Shown here: piece after piece, positions 40,885 through 51,046 of the stretch
How positions within the stretch are numbered: the first letter of the stretch is position 1
Layout: every line of letters begins with the position of its first letter
From: an uncultured delta proteobacterium
GTDB taxonomy: Bacteria > Myxococcota_A > Polyangia > Fen-1088
Reading direction: 5' to 3'
Assembly: GCA_963737265.1 (NCBI GenBank)
Contig: CAVTRY010000023.1
Location: 192,001-256,000 of the forward strand
DNA: 64,000 nucleotides
Program-made: the position numbers and the translations under genes
Notes under the pieces: generated by a model
Told to the model about the DNA's origin: nothing
What the model saw: only the letters and a program-made list of their open reading frames with translations
Database searches by the model: none

Positions 40885-41178
40885 ATGAAAACGAACCGCC
40901 AAAAGCACACAGCACTCTTCAAGGCGCAGGTAGCTCTCGAAGCCATGCGGGAGCAGGCAACGGTTGTGGAGATCGGGCGCCGATACAAGATCAACCCGAA
41001 CCTGGTTCACAAGTGGAAGAAGGAAGCCGTCACACGGCTGGCCATGGTTTTCGAACCAGGCCATGCAAATGCAGAGGAATCGGCGAACGCCGAACGCGAA
41101 TCGGAATTGCTGCGCAAGGTGGGGCAGCTGACGCTGGAGAATGATTTTTTAGCACGCGGGCTCGCGCGCATTCGCTGA
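40885..41178 (+). CDS. IS3 transposase OrfA (HTH)
   Basis: FKAQVALEA and LVHKWKK; T-run slippery candidate GATTTTTTAG near the end. Confidence 0.9.
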   Translation: MKTNRQKHTALFKAQVALEAMREQATVVEIGRRYKINPNLVHKWKKEAVTRLAMVFEPGHANAEESANAERESELLRKVGQLTLENDFLARGLARIR

Positions 41179-41192
41179 CGGAGAAGCGCGCC

Positions 41193-42029
41193 ATGATCGA
41201 GCCCCACAACGACCTATCTGTCCGTCGGCAGTGCGAGCTGCTGAATCTTGCGAGATCGGGCATCTACTGGGAGCCGATGCCGATGGCAGAGGAAGATCTG
41301 GCCATCTGCAAGGAGCTGGACAAGCTGCATCTCGAATTGCCAGCATTCGGCAGCCGGAAGCTGTCACGGTTGCTAAAGGCACAGGGGCAGACGGTGAATC
41401 GCAAACGGGTGCAGAGACTGATGCGAATCATGGGCATCGAAGCGCTGGCGCCCAAACCACGGACGACCGTGCCCGCGCCGGAACATACGAAATTCCCGTA
41501 CTTGCTGCGCCATCTCGCGATCATTCGGCCCAATCAGGTGTGGGCCTCGGATATCACGTACATCCCGACGAGACAGGGGCATTGCTACCTGGTCGCCGTG
41601 ATGGATTGGTACACGCGCCGGGTTCTGTCCTGGCGCATTTCAAACACGATGGACAGCCGTTTTTGCATCGAGGTCGTGGAAGAAGCTCTTGCGAACTTCG
41701 GCTTGCCGGAGATCTTCAACACCGACCAGGGGTCGCAGTTTACCGACGACAACTTCACATCGGTTTTGCTGGACAAGGGCGTAAAGGTCAGCATGGACGG
41801 TCGCGGCCGATTCATGGACAACATCTTCGTCGAGCGTCTATGGCGGTCTGTCAAATGCGAGGAGGTCTACTTGAACGACTACCGAGACGTGGCCGACGCC
41901 CGCAGTGGCATCGCGATCTACCTGGACAAGTACAACCACAGGCGGCCTCACCAAACCCTTGGATTTCAGACACCCGTAGCGTTTTACGAATTCGAACTAA
42001 AGAAGTCGGCGATGAAAGAGGCCGCCTAA
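41193..42029 (+). CDS. IS3 transposase OrfB (DDE)
   Basis: WASDITYI, NTDQGSQF and DNIFVERLWRSVKCEEV motifs. Confidence 0.95.
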   Translation: MIEPHNDLSVRRQCELLNLARSGIYWEPMPMAEEDLAICKELDKLHLELPAFGSRKLSRLLKAQGQTVNRKRVQRLMRIMGIEALAPKPRTTVPAPEHTKFPYLLRHLAIIRPNQVWASDITYIPTRQGHCYLVAVMDWYTRRVLSWRISNTMDSRFCIEVVEEALANFGLPEIFNTDQGSQFTDDNFTSVLLDKGVKVSMDGRGRFMDNIFVERLWRSVKCEEVYLNDYRDVADARSGIAIYLDKYNHRRPHQTLGFQTPVAFYEFELKKSAMKEAA

Positions 42030-42540
42030 ATCGCCGCTGCATCATGCTGATGGCACGCTGCCCACAACTGCAACGCGTTCACCTGCTTCTGTGGGGCCGT
42101 GCGCGCATTGCATCCGTGGACAGCAGCCATCAGCATGCCTCCGCTCTCAACAATTTCCTTGCCGGCGAGGCTCACCCGGATCTACAAACAAACCCACGCG
42201 GACTCTCTCTTAGCTCGGGCCATTTCTGGTCCTACCAAAGGGGTCCACTTCACGGATCGGTGGCGGGCAGCGCGTGCCGCGTCAGGATTTCTTGTCCCGC
42301 ACGCAGGTACCAGAATAGGTCGAAGGACACGGGGCGATGGGCCGCCAAGACGGCCATGGCCAACAGCAAGAGTGTCCAGCAAAGGGGGGCTGCTGGCTGC
42401 CCAAAGCCGGGCTTGGCGCGGACTTTGGCGACGAGTAAGTCGGACGACACGACCTTGGCAGAGTAGCGAAGATCCGCAAAACTACACGAGCAAAGGGAAA
42501 TTGCGCCGAAATTGGGTATGAATATCGGCGGGAGGTCCAC

Positions 42541-45500
42541 TTGCCCATCCGTTCTTTCTTAGCAAGCCACCGCTACCTTCGGCGACTGTTGCTCGTCAGC
42601 GTGGTGGCGGGCGCGCTTTTCACCGTCCTCGGATTCCTCGTGATTCCAGCCCTGGCCCGCAGCATTGGCCAACGCAAACTCTCCGAGTTCCTGCATCGCC
42701 AGGTCACGATCGAATCGCTGCGATTCAATCCCTATGCTCTCTCGGCCACCATCCGGGGGCTACGCATTCGCGACCGCGACGGCGCGCGCGACTTGTTCAC
42801 GCTCAAAGAAGCGTACGTCAACCTGCAACTCGCCTCGCTCTTCAAGGGCGGCGTGGTGGTCAAACAAGTGCGCGTGGTGGAACCGACCGTCAGCTTGGTT
42901 CGTGTTGGCGAGGATCGTTACAACTTCTCGGATATCTTGGACGACCTGGCGAAAATGCCGCCCGCTCCGCCGCCGCCCGCGGACGCCAAGCCGGCGCGCT
43001 TCTCGCTGAGTAACCTTGAACTCACGAATGGCCATATCGAACTCGACGACCGATTCAAGGCGACCCACCACACTATCGCGAACCTCAACATCAGCGTTCC
43101 CTTCGTCTCCAATTTTCCCTACCTGGTCGAGACCTTCGTCCAGCCGGCTTTCTCGGCCACCATCAACGGCACTCGCCTTGCCATCCAGGGCAGCACCAAA
43201 CCCTTTTCCGATTCGCGCGAGTCTTCGATCAACGTCAATCTGGTCAAGGTCGACCTGCCTCACTACTTGGCGTACTTGCCGCTCAAGCTGAAGATGAAGC
43301 TGCGCTCGGCAATCTTGGACACCAGTTTGAAGGTGACCTTCATCCAGTACCCTGACCATGCACCCCGCGTGGACGTGGCCGGTGGCGTGGCGCTGTCCGC
43401 CTTGGACATCGTCGACGACAAGGATCGTCCGCTGGTGAAGCTGCCGCTCCTCGACATCGCCATCAACTCGTCGGATCTGCTGTTCGACAGAGTTGCGCTT
43501 GGGCATGTCCTGCTGCAGTCGTTGGCGGTTCACGTGCGGCGCGGCGCCAAGGGTGAACTGCAATTTCAGTCGTTGCTCGCGACCCTAGCGCCGTCCGCGC
43601 CCACGCCTTCCGGCGCAAAGAAGACCAAGGACAGCAGCGCACCGCCCTGGGACATCACTGCCGACGAGTTCAAGCTGGATGGCGCGAAGATCGTCTTCAC
43701 CGACGATTCCAACGCGCGCCCCTTCAAAACCATCGTCGATCCGCTGACGGTAACCCTGCGCAACTTCACTACTGCCCCGGGCGGCCAGGCGCAACTCGCG
43801 CTATCGGCGACCACCGATGCCGGCCTGCAGCTGCGCGTCGCCGGCCGCCTCGGTGCGGAGCCGATGTCGTTCGAGGGCAGCGTGGACTGCAAGGGTGTTG
43901 CCCTGGCCAGCTTCGCACCCTATTACGCGTCTCAGATCTTGTTCGACGTGAGGCAGGGAACACTCGATTGCAATATTCCGCTGCGACTCGGCCGCAAAGG
44001 CAGGGCCATGGAATTGTCCGTGAGCGGCCTGCGCGCCGATGTGCGCGACCTGCAACTGCGCCGCCGTGGTGACCAGGAAGACTTCTTTCGCCTGCCCGAG
44101 TTTTCCCTGCGCGAGACCAACCTCGATCTTGCCCGCCGCGAAGTCGTTCTCGGCGACATCGCCACCGCGGGGGCACGTATTCGTCTCGAACGCGGCAGCC
44201 TGACCCAGCTTTGGAATCTGGAGACTCTGCTGCCGGTGCCGCCTGCTCCCCCGCGCAGCGTGCCCGCGCCCCTTGCGGCCAGCGCCGACCTCGAACGCAA
44301 GGAAGCGCCGTTTACGGTCACCGTGCGCAAGCTGGATGTGAAAGACTGGGCGGTGCACGTGGAAGATCGCGCCCCGCGCACGGCCGCCATCACCAACCTC
44401 GACCGCATTGGCATTCGCGTTGACGGCCTCGGCACCGCGCACGGGCAGCAGGGGCGGGTGACGGTGCAAGCCCGGTTGAATCAGACCGGTTCCATCCATG
44501 TTGCCGGCAGCGTGGGCCTCACGCCGCTGCAAGCCGATGTGCAGCTGAAACTGAAGACGATTCCCATCGTGCCGCTGCAGCCGTACTTTCAGGACAGCGT
44601 GGCGCTGTTGCTGACCAGCGGTCACGTCGGGGCAATTGGTCGTGTGGTGCTCACCAGCGGAGCCAAGGGACCCATGGTCAACTACAAGGGTGAATTCGTT
44701 GTCGGCGACGTGGTGGCGGTCACCCCCGGCAGCGGCGAGGAACTGGCACGCTTGGGCGAACTCCACGCCAGCGGCATCGATGCCACCACCCTGCCGTTCA
44801 AGCTGAACATTGCCGAGATCGCCATCGGCGACTATGGCGCGCAGGTAGTGATCAACCCCGACAAAACCATCAACCTGGCGTCCCTCGTTTCAAGCTCCAG
44901 CAAGGGCGCCACCAAGCCCGCCGCTCCACCAGAAAAGCAAACGACGGTCCCCGCAACCAAGGCCGACGAGGCGCCGTCACCCGTCGTTCATGTGGGAGCC
45001 GTCGTCCTGCGCGGAGGCAACATCCGCATGACGGATCGGTCGATCCATCCGGCCTTCAACACCACCCTCGGCGATCTCGGCGGTCGCATCGCCGGGTTGT
45101 CGTTCGAGGAGTCCGAGCGCGCCTCGGTGGAAATCCAGGGGAAGCTGGGCAACGGCCCGCTGGAAATCGCCGGTCGCATGAACCCGCTGGCCAAAAAGCC
45201 GTTCATCGATCTGGCCGTGAAGGTGTCGGACGTCGATCTCTCGGCGATGACGCCCTATGCGGGAAAGTACGCGGGCTACGCGGTCGAGAAGGGACAGCTT
45301 TACCTTGATCTGAAGTACCTCATCGAGGCCCGCCGGCTGGAGGCCAAGAACGACGTGAAGTTGTCCCAGTTCACCTTCGGACAATCGATTGAGAGCAAAG
45401 ACGCAACCCATTTGCCGGTGCGCCTGGCCGTGTCGCTGCTTAAAGATCGCCACGGCGTGATCCACCTGGATTTGCCGGTCAGTGGCTCTCTCGACGATCC

Positions 45501-46167
45501 GAAATTCAGCGTTTGGGGCGTGGTGGTCATGGTGCTCGAAAACCTTCTCGTCAAGGCCGCCACCTCGCCTTTCGCCCTCATCGGATCGCTGTTCGGGCAA
45601 GGCGAGGAACTGTCGTGGATCGAATTCGAACCTGGTCGCGCCGACGTCCCGCCGGCCGAGCGCACGAAGGTCGAAACCTTGGGCAAGGCATTGTTCGAAC
45701 GACCGGCGTTGCGACTCGAGGTGGAGGGCCACGCCGATCCGGCGCGTGACCTTGAAGCCCTTCGCTGGCTGGAATTGCAGCGCAAGGTGAAGGCGCAGAA
45801 GGTGAAGGAAACCGTCGCTGGCGGCAACGAGGCAAGCGCAAATATCGCCGTGAGCGAGGCCGAGTATCCCAAGTACCTGAAGCTGGCCTACCGCGCCGAC
45901 GAGAAGACCGTCAAACCCAAGAACGCGCTTGGCATGGTCAAGGACATCCCCACCAGCGAAATGGAACGCCTGATGTTGGCCGCCATCACGGTCAGCCAGG
46001 ACGATCTTCGCTTGCTGGCCCGCCAACGCGCCCAAGTCGCGCGCGAGCAAATCCTGCGGGCACGAAAGATCGAGACCGAGCGTGTGTTCCTGGTGGAACC
46101 CAAGACCATCCAGCCCGACCCCAAGAAAATGGTCAGCAACAGCCGCATCGACTTTCGCCTGCGGTAG
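42541..46167 (+). CDS. DUF748 repeat protein (AsmA-like)
   Basis: N-terminal TM; FNPYALS, YAGYAVEKG and LLKDR.G.I.LDLPVSGSLDDPKFS motifs; OmpA-like tail. Confidence 0.88.
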   Translation: MPIRSFLASHRYLRRLLLVSVVAGALFTVLGFLVIPALARSIGQRKLSEFLHRQVTIESLRFNPYALSATIRGLRIRDRDGARDLFTLKEAYVNLQLASLFKGGVVVKQVRVVEPTVSLVRVGEDRYNFSDILDDLAKMPPAPPPPADAKPARFSLSNLELTNGHIELDDRFKATHHTIANLNISVPFVSNFPYLVETFVQPAFSATINGTRLAIQGSTKPFSDSRESSINVNLVKVDLPHYLAYLPLKLKMKLRSAILDTSLKVTFIQYPDHAPRVDVAGGVALSALDIVDDKDRPLVKLPLLDIAINSSDLLFDRVALGHVLLQSLAVHVRRGAKGELQFQSLLATLAPSAPTPSGAKKTKDSSAPPWDITADEFKLDGAKIVFTDDSNARPFKTIVDPLTVTLRNFTTAPGGQAQLALSATTDAGLQLRVAGRLGAEPMSFEGSVDCKGVALASFAPYYASQILFDVRQGTLDCNIPLRLGRKGRAMELSVSGLRADVRDLQLRRRGDQEDFFRLPEFSLRETNLDLARREVVLGDIATAGARIRLERGSLTQLWNLETLLPVPPAPPRSVPAPLAASADLERKEAPFTVTVRKLDVKDWAVHVEDRAPRTAAITNLDRIGIRVDGLGTAHGQQGRVTVQARLNQTGSIHVAGSVGLTPLQADVQLKLKTIPIVPLQPYFQDSVALLLTSGHVGAIGRVVLTSGAKGPMVNYKGEFVVGDVVAVTPGSGEELARLGELHASGIDATTLPFKLNIAEIAIGDYGAQVVINPDKTINLASLVSSSSKGATKPAAPPEKQTTVPATKADEAPSPVVHVGAVVLRGGNIRMTDRSIHPAFNTTLGDLGGRIAGLSFEESERASVEIQGKLGNGPLEIAGRMNPLAKKPFIDLAVKVSDVDLSAMTPYAGKYAGYAVEKGQLYLDLKYLIEARRLEAKNDVKLSQFTFGQSIESKDATHLPVRLAVSLLKDRHGVIHLDLPVSGSLDDPKFSVWGVVVMVLENLLVKAATSPFALIGSLFGQGEELSWIEFEPGRADVPPAERTKVETLGKALFERPALRLEVEGHADPARDLEALRWLELQRKVKAQKVKETVAGGNEASANIAVSEAEYPKYLKLAYRADEKTVKPKNALGMVKDIPTSEMERLMLAAITVSQDDLRLLARQRAQVAREQILRARKIETERVFLVEPKTIQPDPKKMVSNSRIDFRLR

Positions 46168-46321
46168 GCTAACCCGGGCTGGCGGGTAGGCGACGAGATC
46201 GCTGTCCTGCTCTTCTCGAAAACTCGCTCCAGGGAGGGGCATCAGCTTCGGCCAGGATTGCCGGGTGGCCGGTCGGTGTGGCACCCTTGCGTCTTTCAGG
46301 TGCGACTACACGGAGGACAAG

Positions 46322-46645
46322 ATGAGCGAGATCATTCGCTTCGGCGTTTCGATGGATGAAGACCTGCTGGGGCGATTCGACCGGCTGTGCAAGCGGCGCA
46401 AGTATCAGAACCGATCGGAGGCACTCCGCGATCTGGTGCGCGACGCCCTGGTGCGCGAGCAATGGCAGGGCGACGAGGAGATCGTCGGCACGATCACGCT
46501 CATCTACGACCATCACACACGCGAGCTTTCCGACAATCTCACGCACATGCAACACGACCACTTTGACGCCATCCTCTCGAACCTCCATGTTCATCTGGAC
46601 CATAACAACTGTCTGGAGGTCATCGCTGTGCGTGGCAGTGCTTCC
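46322..46645 (+). pseudogene. nikR: Nickel-responsive regulator NikR, 3'-truncated
   Basis: RFGVSM, NRSEALRDL, YDHH and HVHLDHNNCLEVI motifs; the last ~30 residues are replaced by unrelated sequence. Confidence 0.85.
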
Positions 46646-46735
46646 TTGGAACGACAATGCGGACGGCGGAGCCAGCCTTCTGGCCGGCCCGCGAGCGCAT
46701 CCCCAGATCTCATGCCAGGCGGCGCGCATCCCCGG

Positions 46736-47134
46736 CTATCTCGACCTCTTCGTCGCGGTGACGAGGTACTGGTCGGCATCGTCGATGCTCGCCCGCACCT
46801 CGTAGCCAGCCGCCGTGAGCGTCGCAGCGGTCTCGGCAGCCGGAGGGAGAAGATCGGCGCAGATGGGATCCCCGGCGGCGGCGTGAATCTCATTGATCTT
46901 CTGACGCGAGATCAGGTGCCAGATGTGCAGGTGGCCACCCGGACGCAGCACTCGCGCCAATTCGCCGAGCGCGCCATCTCGGTCGCGCAGGTGGGGCCAG
47001 ACCGAGAAGCAGATGATCCGGTCGGCTGCGCTGTCAGCGAGTGGCAGAGCCTCGGCGCTTCCCACGTGCCACGTCACGCGTAAGTCTCGCACCTTGGCAC
47101 GGGCGACCTCGATCATGCGCGGCGAGATGTCCAC
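46736..47134 (-). pseudogene. Class I SAM methyltransferase, 5'-truncated
   Basis: DISPRMIEVAR, AEALPL and RVLRPGG motifs; motif I is missing next to the IS boundary. Confidence 0.75.
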
Positions 47135-47149
47135 TTCACTTCAAGCCTG

Positions 47150-48931
47150 GGGTGGGTTGCACGGGTCCGGGTTTCATGACTGGGCGGCCTGGGCTTGGGT
47201 GTGAGGCCAGAGGGCGAGCCAGGCCCCCGGGTTGTAGAAGGCAACCCTGAGCGCGACCATGGCTTCAAGGCCGACCTCGCTCCAGAGCATGCCGCCTTGC
47301 TTGCAGCGCCGGCCGACGAGGCGCTTGTTGGTGCTTTCGATGGCGGCACTGGCCAGCGGATAGCCGGCAGCGTGGTATGCGGGGTAGTCCATCATGTGCT
47401 TGTGGCGGCTCAGGTAGCCGGTCAAGTCGTCGAGGGCTTTGACCGCTTGGCTGCCGGTGGAGCGCTGCCGCTCTTGGGCGAGGCCCGAGAGCACCTGGTC
47501 GACCTTGCCGTCCATGATGGCCTCGGTACGTGGCAAGACCCAAGATGGCACTGCTTTCTTGTCCGGCACGACCTTGTGACCTGCCTCCCAGACATGCTGC
47601 TTGGCGTGCTGGCAGTCGAGGATGCCAAGCAACGGCTGGTCGCAGAAGATCTCGTCGCTGTGCTCGATGAAGTAAGCGCCACCGTCGGAGACACGGACTA
47701 CCTTCTGGCGAGACAGCACGCCCTGGGTCGTGGCGGCGGCGTGCAGCTTGTGCCAAAAGCCGTCTCGGTCGTTGAGTGTTGCGACGTAGCGCCGGTCCAG
47801 CAAGACGCCTCGGCCGGGGCTCTCCTCGCAGGCGTGTTCCCCGAGGTAGGTCAGTCCCATGCACACCTCGCGGCCGGCGACCCGTGGTGAGCGCCCGGTG
47901 GGCCCCATGGGCGAGCCAGCGACCTCGGACAGGGTACTCGGCGCCTGATGGCGAAGGGCACGTTCGCCGGTCTCGCTGACCGCTGCCGACTGTGTGGCGT
48001 TCGGGACCGCAGACGGCGCCTTCGCCTCGTCGGTCGCTTTGCGCCGTGGCTCTTGTCCTGGTTTCCAGGTCAGGACGTGAACACCGTCAACCTCGATCAC
48101 GCCGAAGCCCTCTGTACGCTTGGGCGCACACAGGTCACCGCGAGCCTGGGCGTGCACCTGTTGGTCGTACTTGCTCCAATGGGCTTCGGCATCGGCCTGG
48201 GCGGCCTGGGCGGCACGCGTTCCATCTTCGGTCACCCATCGCTTGGCGGTGCTCCCGTCGGGAGCCACGGCCCACAGGTAACGGAGTTCCTCGACGGCCT
48301 CGTCGAAGCTGCCCATCCGGCAGGCCAGCCTTTCGGTCGCCTCGCGCACATCGTCGGCGTATTCGCCCGCAGGAAGGCCCCAAGCCTCGTCAAAGGCAAA
48401 CCAGCTGCGGCCGCAAACACACTCGTTGCGTCGACGATCGGCTTCCACCCGACCGAATCTCGCCACGAACGTCGTTCTCTCAAATCCTCTGGATTTGGCT
48501 TGCTTTCCACAGGTGCAGACTTGTCCAGGTCCATGAGCCCGCGCGGCCTGCTGGATGACCAGTTCCATGGCTCTTCGGCCCACAGTCGACAACGTCGTCG
48601 CCAGCGCAGCCCCCAGCGTCGCCACGGACATGCCATCGCCGCGCAGCGCTTGTTGTTCGAGCTCGTTCAATTTCTGGACGAGCGGTTCCAGAGCCTGCAA
48701 AGTCAATCCTGCGACATTGGGTCGTCTCATGGCGGTGCCTCCTTCTTGGATAGCTGAAGGCATCGCCATGAATCTCCTTCCTACGCAAATTCCTTCCATT
48801 TTGGGAACCACGCCAGGGCCCGTTTTCCGAGCGCGCCACCCACCAACTCGCCCTCGAATCAACGTCCCGTAGCGCGCTCGGAAAACGGGCCCTTCAGCCG
48901 CCACCAGAACCCGGGCCCGTGCAACCCACCC
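47150..48931 (-). mobile_element. ISKra4-like insertion sequence
   Basis: IRs GGGTGGGTTGCACGGG(T/C)CCGGGTT at both ends; 9-bp duplication TCAAGCCTG (47141-47149, 48932-48940). Confidence 0.9.
47174..48730 (-). CDS. ISKra4-family (UPF0236-like) transposase
   Basis: EVDG, SDGG, LDCQHA and SAAIESTNK...R.KQGGMLW motifs; AGGAGG before ATG 48730. Confidence 0.85.
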   Translation of the reverse strand: MRRPNVAGLTLQALEPLVQKLNELEQQALRGDGMSVATLGAALATTLSTVGRRAMELVIQQAARAHGPGQVCTCGKQAKSRGFERTTFVARFGRVEADRRRNECVCGRSWFAFDEAWGLPAGEYADDVREATERLACRMGSFDEAVEELRYLWAVAPDGSTAKRWVTEDGTRAAQAAQADAEAHWSKYDQQVHAQARGDLCAPKRTEGFGVIEVDGVHVLTWKPGQEPRRKATDEAKAPSAVPNATQSAAVSETGERALRHQAPSTLSEVAGSPMGPTGRSPRVAGREVCMGLTYLGEHACEESPGRGVLLDRRYVATLNDRDGFWHKLHAAATTQGVLSRQKVVRVSDGGAYFIEHSDEIFCDQPLLGILDCQHAKQHVWEAGHKVVPDKKAVPSWVLPRTEAIMDGKVDQVLSGLAQERQRSTGSQAVKALDDLTGYLSRHKHMMDYPAYHAAGYPLASAAIESTNKRLVGRRCKQGGMLWSEVGLEAMVALRVAFYNPGAWLALWPHTQAQAAQS

Positions 48932-49009
48932 TCAAGCCTGGGGCTTGAAGCTTTGGGGCGATAGCGAGAACCTTCGATGCCCTGGCTCGAACCTACCAGC
49001 CGACGGCTC

Positions 49010-49203
49010 GTCGGAGAACGTTCCAGATCGACACCATCTGCCCGCGCTGCAAGACTCCTCTTCGCCTCATCGCTCTCATCAAGACCGAGGACACGATAAT
49101 GAAGATCCTCTCCGCCATGGGTTTGCCCACTGAGGCACCCAAACTCTTTCCTGCGCGACCACCTCCCTCTCAATCTGGCGGCGATGGTGGAGACTGGCTG
49201 AAC
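49010..49203 (+). mobile_element. C-terminal remnant of an IS91-like transposase
   Basis: RRTFQIDTICPRCKTPLRLIALI...KILSAMGLPTEAP...PARPPP. Confidence 0.65.
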
Positions 49204-49278
49204 TGTGGTACCGGCAAGATTTTGGCTGATTTGACCTCACCCACGGGCGACTTGGTCGAGTGGGAGGTTCAAGAGTGA
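49204..49278 (+). pseudogene. C-terminal remnant of a Phd/YefM-type antitoxin
   Basis: GTGKILADLTSPTGDLVEWEVQE* with GTGA overlap onto the PIN gene. Confidence 0.5.
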
Positions 49279-49669
49279 AAATTCTGCTCGATACGCACAT
49301 TTGGATTTGGAGTCATCTGGACCCGTCCAGGATCAACAAGCGCCTGACCCAGGCTTTGCTCGATCGGGCCAACGAGTTGTGGCTTTCGCCCATCAGCCTG
49401 TGGGAATGCACGGTGTTGGCTGGCAAGAAGCGCTTGGCCCTGAGGGATGGACCGAGGCATGGATTGCCACTGCGCTGGCGGCGGCGCCAATGCATGAGGC
49501 GCCCTTGAACAACGAGGTGGCCCTCACCAGCCGCGCGGTCAAAGTTGAACATGACGACCCCGCTGACAGGTTTCTTGCAGCTACCGCAGCCGTTTACGAT
49601 CTTGTGCTTGCAACCGCGGATTCGCGGCTCCTGCGGGGCACAGGATTCAAGACCCTCGACAACAGATAA
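49275..49669 (+). CDS. vapC: PIN/VapC toxin (one apparent frameshift ~49450)
   Basis: LLDTHIWIW, SPISLWE, HDDPADRFLAATA and LATAD motifs split over two frames. Confidence 0.8.
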
Positions 49670-49698
49670 ATGACCAGCGCGTGCTGGCCGGCGCCGAC

Positions 49699-49796
49699 CT
49701 AAAGCCGCACAAGACTTGCAACCTCGATGTTCCAGCACGAGCTTGTATCGTAGATGACCTCCAGCCCGTTCGCGTTGGCGAGACCGAAAGATATTG
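49699..49796 (-). repeat. Degenerate copy of the effector 3' end (stub 4)
   Basis: ISFGLANANGLEVIYDTSSCWNIEV immediately after the immunity-like stop codon. Confidence 0.85.
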
Positions 49797-51035
49797 TCAG
49801 TAGGCAATCAGCAGCCAGTCGCCTTCGCTGCTCTGGCCGATGGCGAAGCGGGGGCGTTTGAACTTCGTTCGCTGCAGTTGGAGAAGAATTTCTCTTATCT
49901 CTACCTTGTTTTCGGCAATGATGTTTCCGTGTTCCGTAACGCTCGAAAATTTCCTGCAGCTGTTGTCGTGAAAGAGCACTTGCGCTGCCCAAGTAGGAGC
50001 TACGACCTCGCCTCCAAAGTCTGCCAATTTGCGCTTCCAGACTGTCTCCAACCCACGATTTGTTCGGAAGAGAACCGTGTCATCTCTTTCATCGCTGATT
50101 TTCCAAAAGAGGAAATCACTGCCCCGAGAGGCGAACGGCAGACTTGTAGGTGCCCGTTCCGTTTCGTACCTGGTGCGGACCAACCCCCCCCATCGCGGTA
50201 TGCCAGTCGGATCTTGAGGGCTCTTGCCTTTGGACCAGAACCATTCCCGCTTCGTGTTCATCCACGAAAGCGCCTTTTGCACTACGACGGCTCCCCGTGT
50301 GTCGAGAACAGTTGCTGTCGACGGCCAGACCTCGTCGAACAGGCCAGGTACATTGCCATAGGGGTAGATCTCCTTGAAGGCCTCGATGAGGAGTAGATCC
50401 CCCGCTTCGGAGGCTATCGCTCCAGTCTGATCGAGCTGGAGCCCGCACGAACAGGGTTGTTTAGCGTCTCCTGCCGAATCGGGGCAGCGCGGTTTGTCGA
50501 TAGCGGCCAAGGGGCGCGACTTTTCCACCGACTCGCGGCCATCAAGATCGAAATAGGAAACGACCTTATCGCTCACCACCCACAGCCCGGTGGGACTTGA
50601 CCGATAGAGCGTAGTCTTCGTGGCCTGAACGACGAATGACCGAGCCCGGCCCTTGTGCAGAGTCCCGGTATCGATTTCGACGACCTCGCTGGCACTCGCT
50701 ACGACGAAGCGGTTGCCAAAGACCTGCCCGGTCTTGACCTCGCCGACGATGTCGAGAGGGCTTCGTCCCAGCTCGTGCCCCTCTCTGTCCCAAAGCATGA
50801 GAGCGAGGGCATCCGTTTCCAGGTTCTTCACAATGGCCAGGATCTTGCCCCCGGGCAAGGGATAGACCGGCGGTATGAACTCGCCTTGCACCTGCCAGCT
50901 TGCCTGCCATCCCGTGAGCTGCAGTCGTTGGCTCAGACCACGCACCGTCACTCGATTCTCTTCGGCGCGAACATTGCCCGTCATGATAAGTCCTGCAAAT
51001 ACGAGTCCAGCAAATACGAGGATCGCACATCGCAT
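49797..51035 (-). CDS. Putative immunity protein paralog 4 (signal peptide)
   Basis: Paralog of 58348-59565; ends RPRFAIGQSSEGDWLLIAY. The function is inferred from context. Confidence 0.7.
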   Translation of the reverse strand: MRCAILVFAGLVFAGLIMTGNVRAEENRVTVRGLSQRLQLTGWQASWQVQGEFIPPVYPLPGGKILAIVKNLETDALALMLWDREGHELGRSPLDIVGEVKTGQVFGNRFVVASASEVVEIDTGTLHKGRARSFVVQATKTTLYRSSPTGLWVVSDKVVSYFDLDGRESVEKSRPLAAIDKPRCPDSAGDAKQPCSCGLQLDQTGAIASEAGDLLLIEAFKEIYPYGNVPGLFDEVWPSTATVLDTRGAVVVQKALSWMNTKREWFWSKGKSPQDPTGIPRWGGLVRTRYETERAPTSLPFASRGSDFLFWKISDERDDTVLFRTNRGLETVWKRKLADFGGEVVAPTWAAQVLFHDNSCRKFSSVTEHGNIIAENKVEIREILLQLQRTKFKRPRFAIGQSSEGDWLLIAY

Positions 51036-51046
51036 GGCTACAGAGC

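Larger units (their letters stand above)
40817..42252 (+). mobile_element. IS3-family insertion sequence
   Basis: Terminal IRs TGAAGTGGACCCC / GGGGTCCACTTCA, 3-bp target duplication CGG, orfA + orfB. Confidence 0.95.
40680..42430 (-). pseudogene. Membrane protein (GT-C-like) N-terminus interrupted by IS3 and truncated
   Basis: DLFWYLRAGQEILTRHALPATDP and FSYTSRQPWLNHEWLAE join in frame across the IS. Confidence 0.75.

Noticed and set aside
46265-47083. 272-aa extended NikR with a novel C-terminal domain
   Set aside because: The tail is antisense read-through over the methyltransferase fragment after a truncation.
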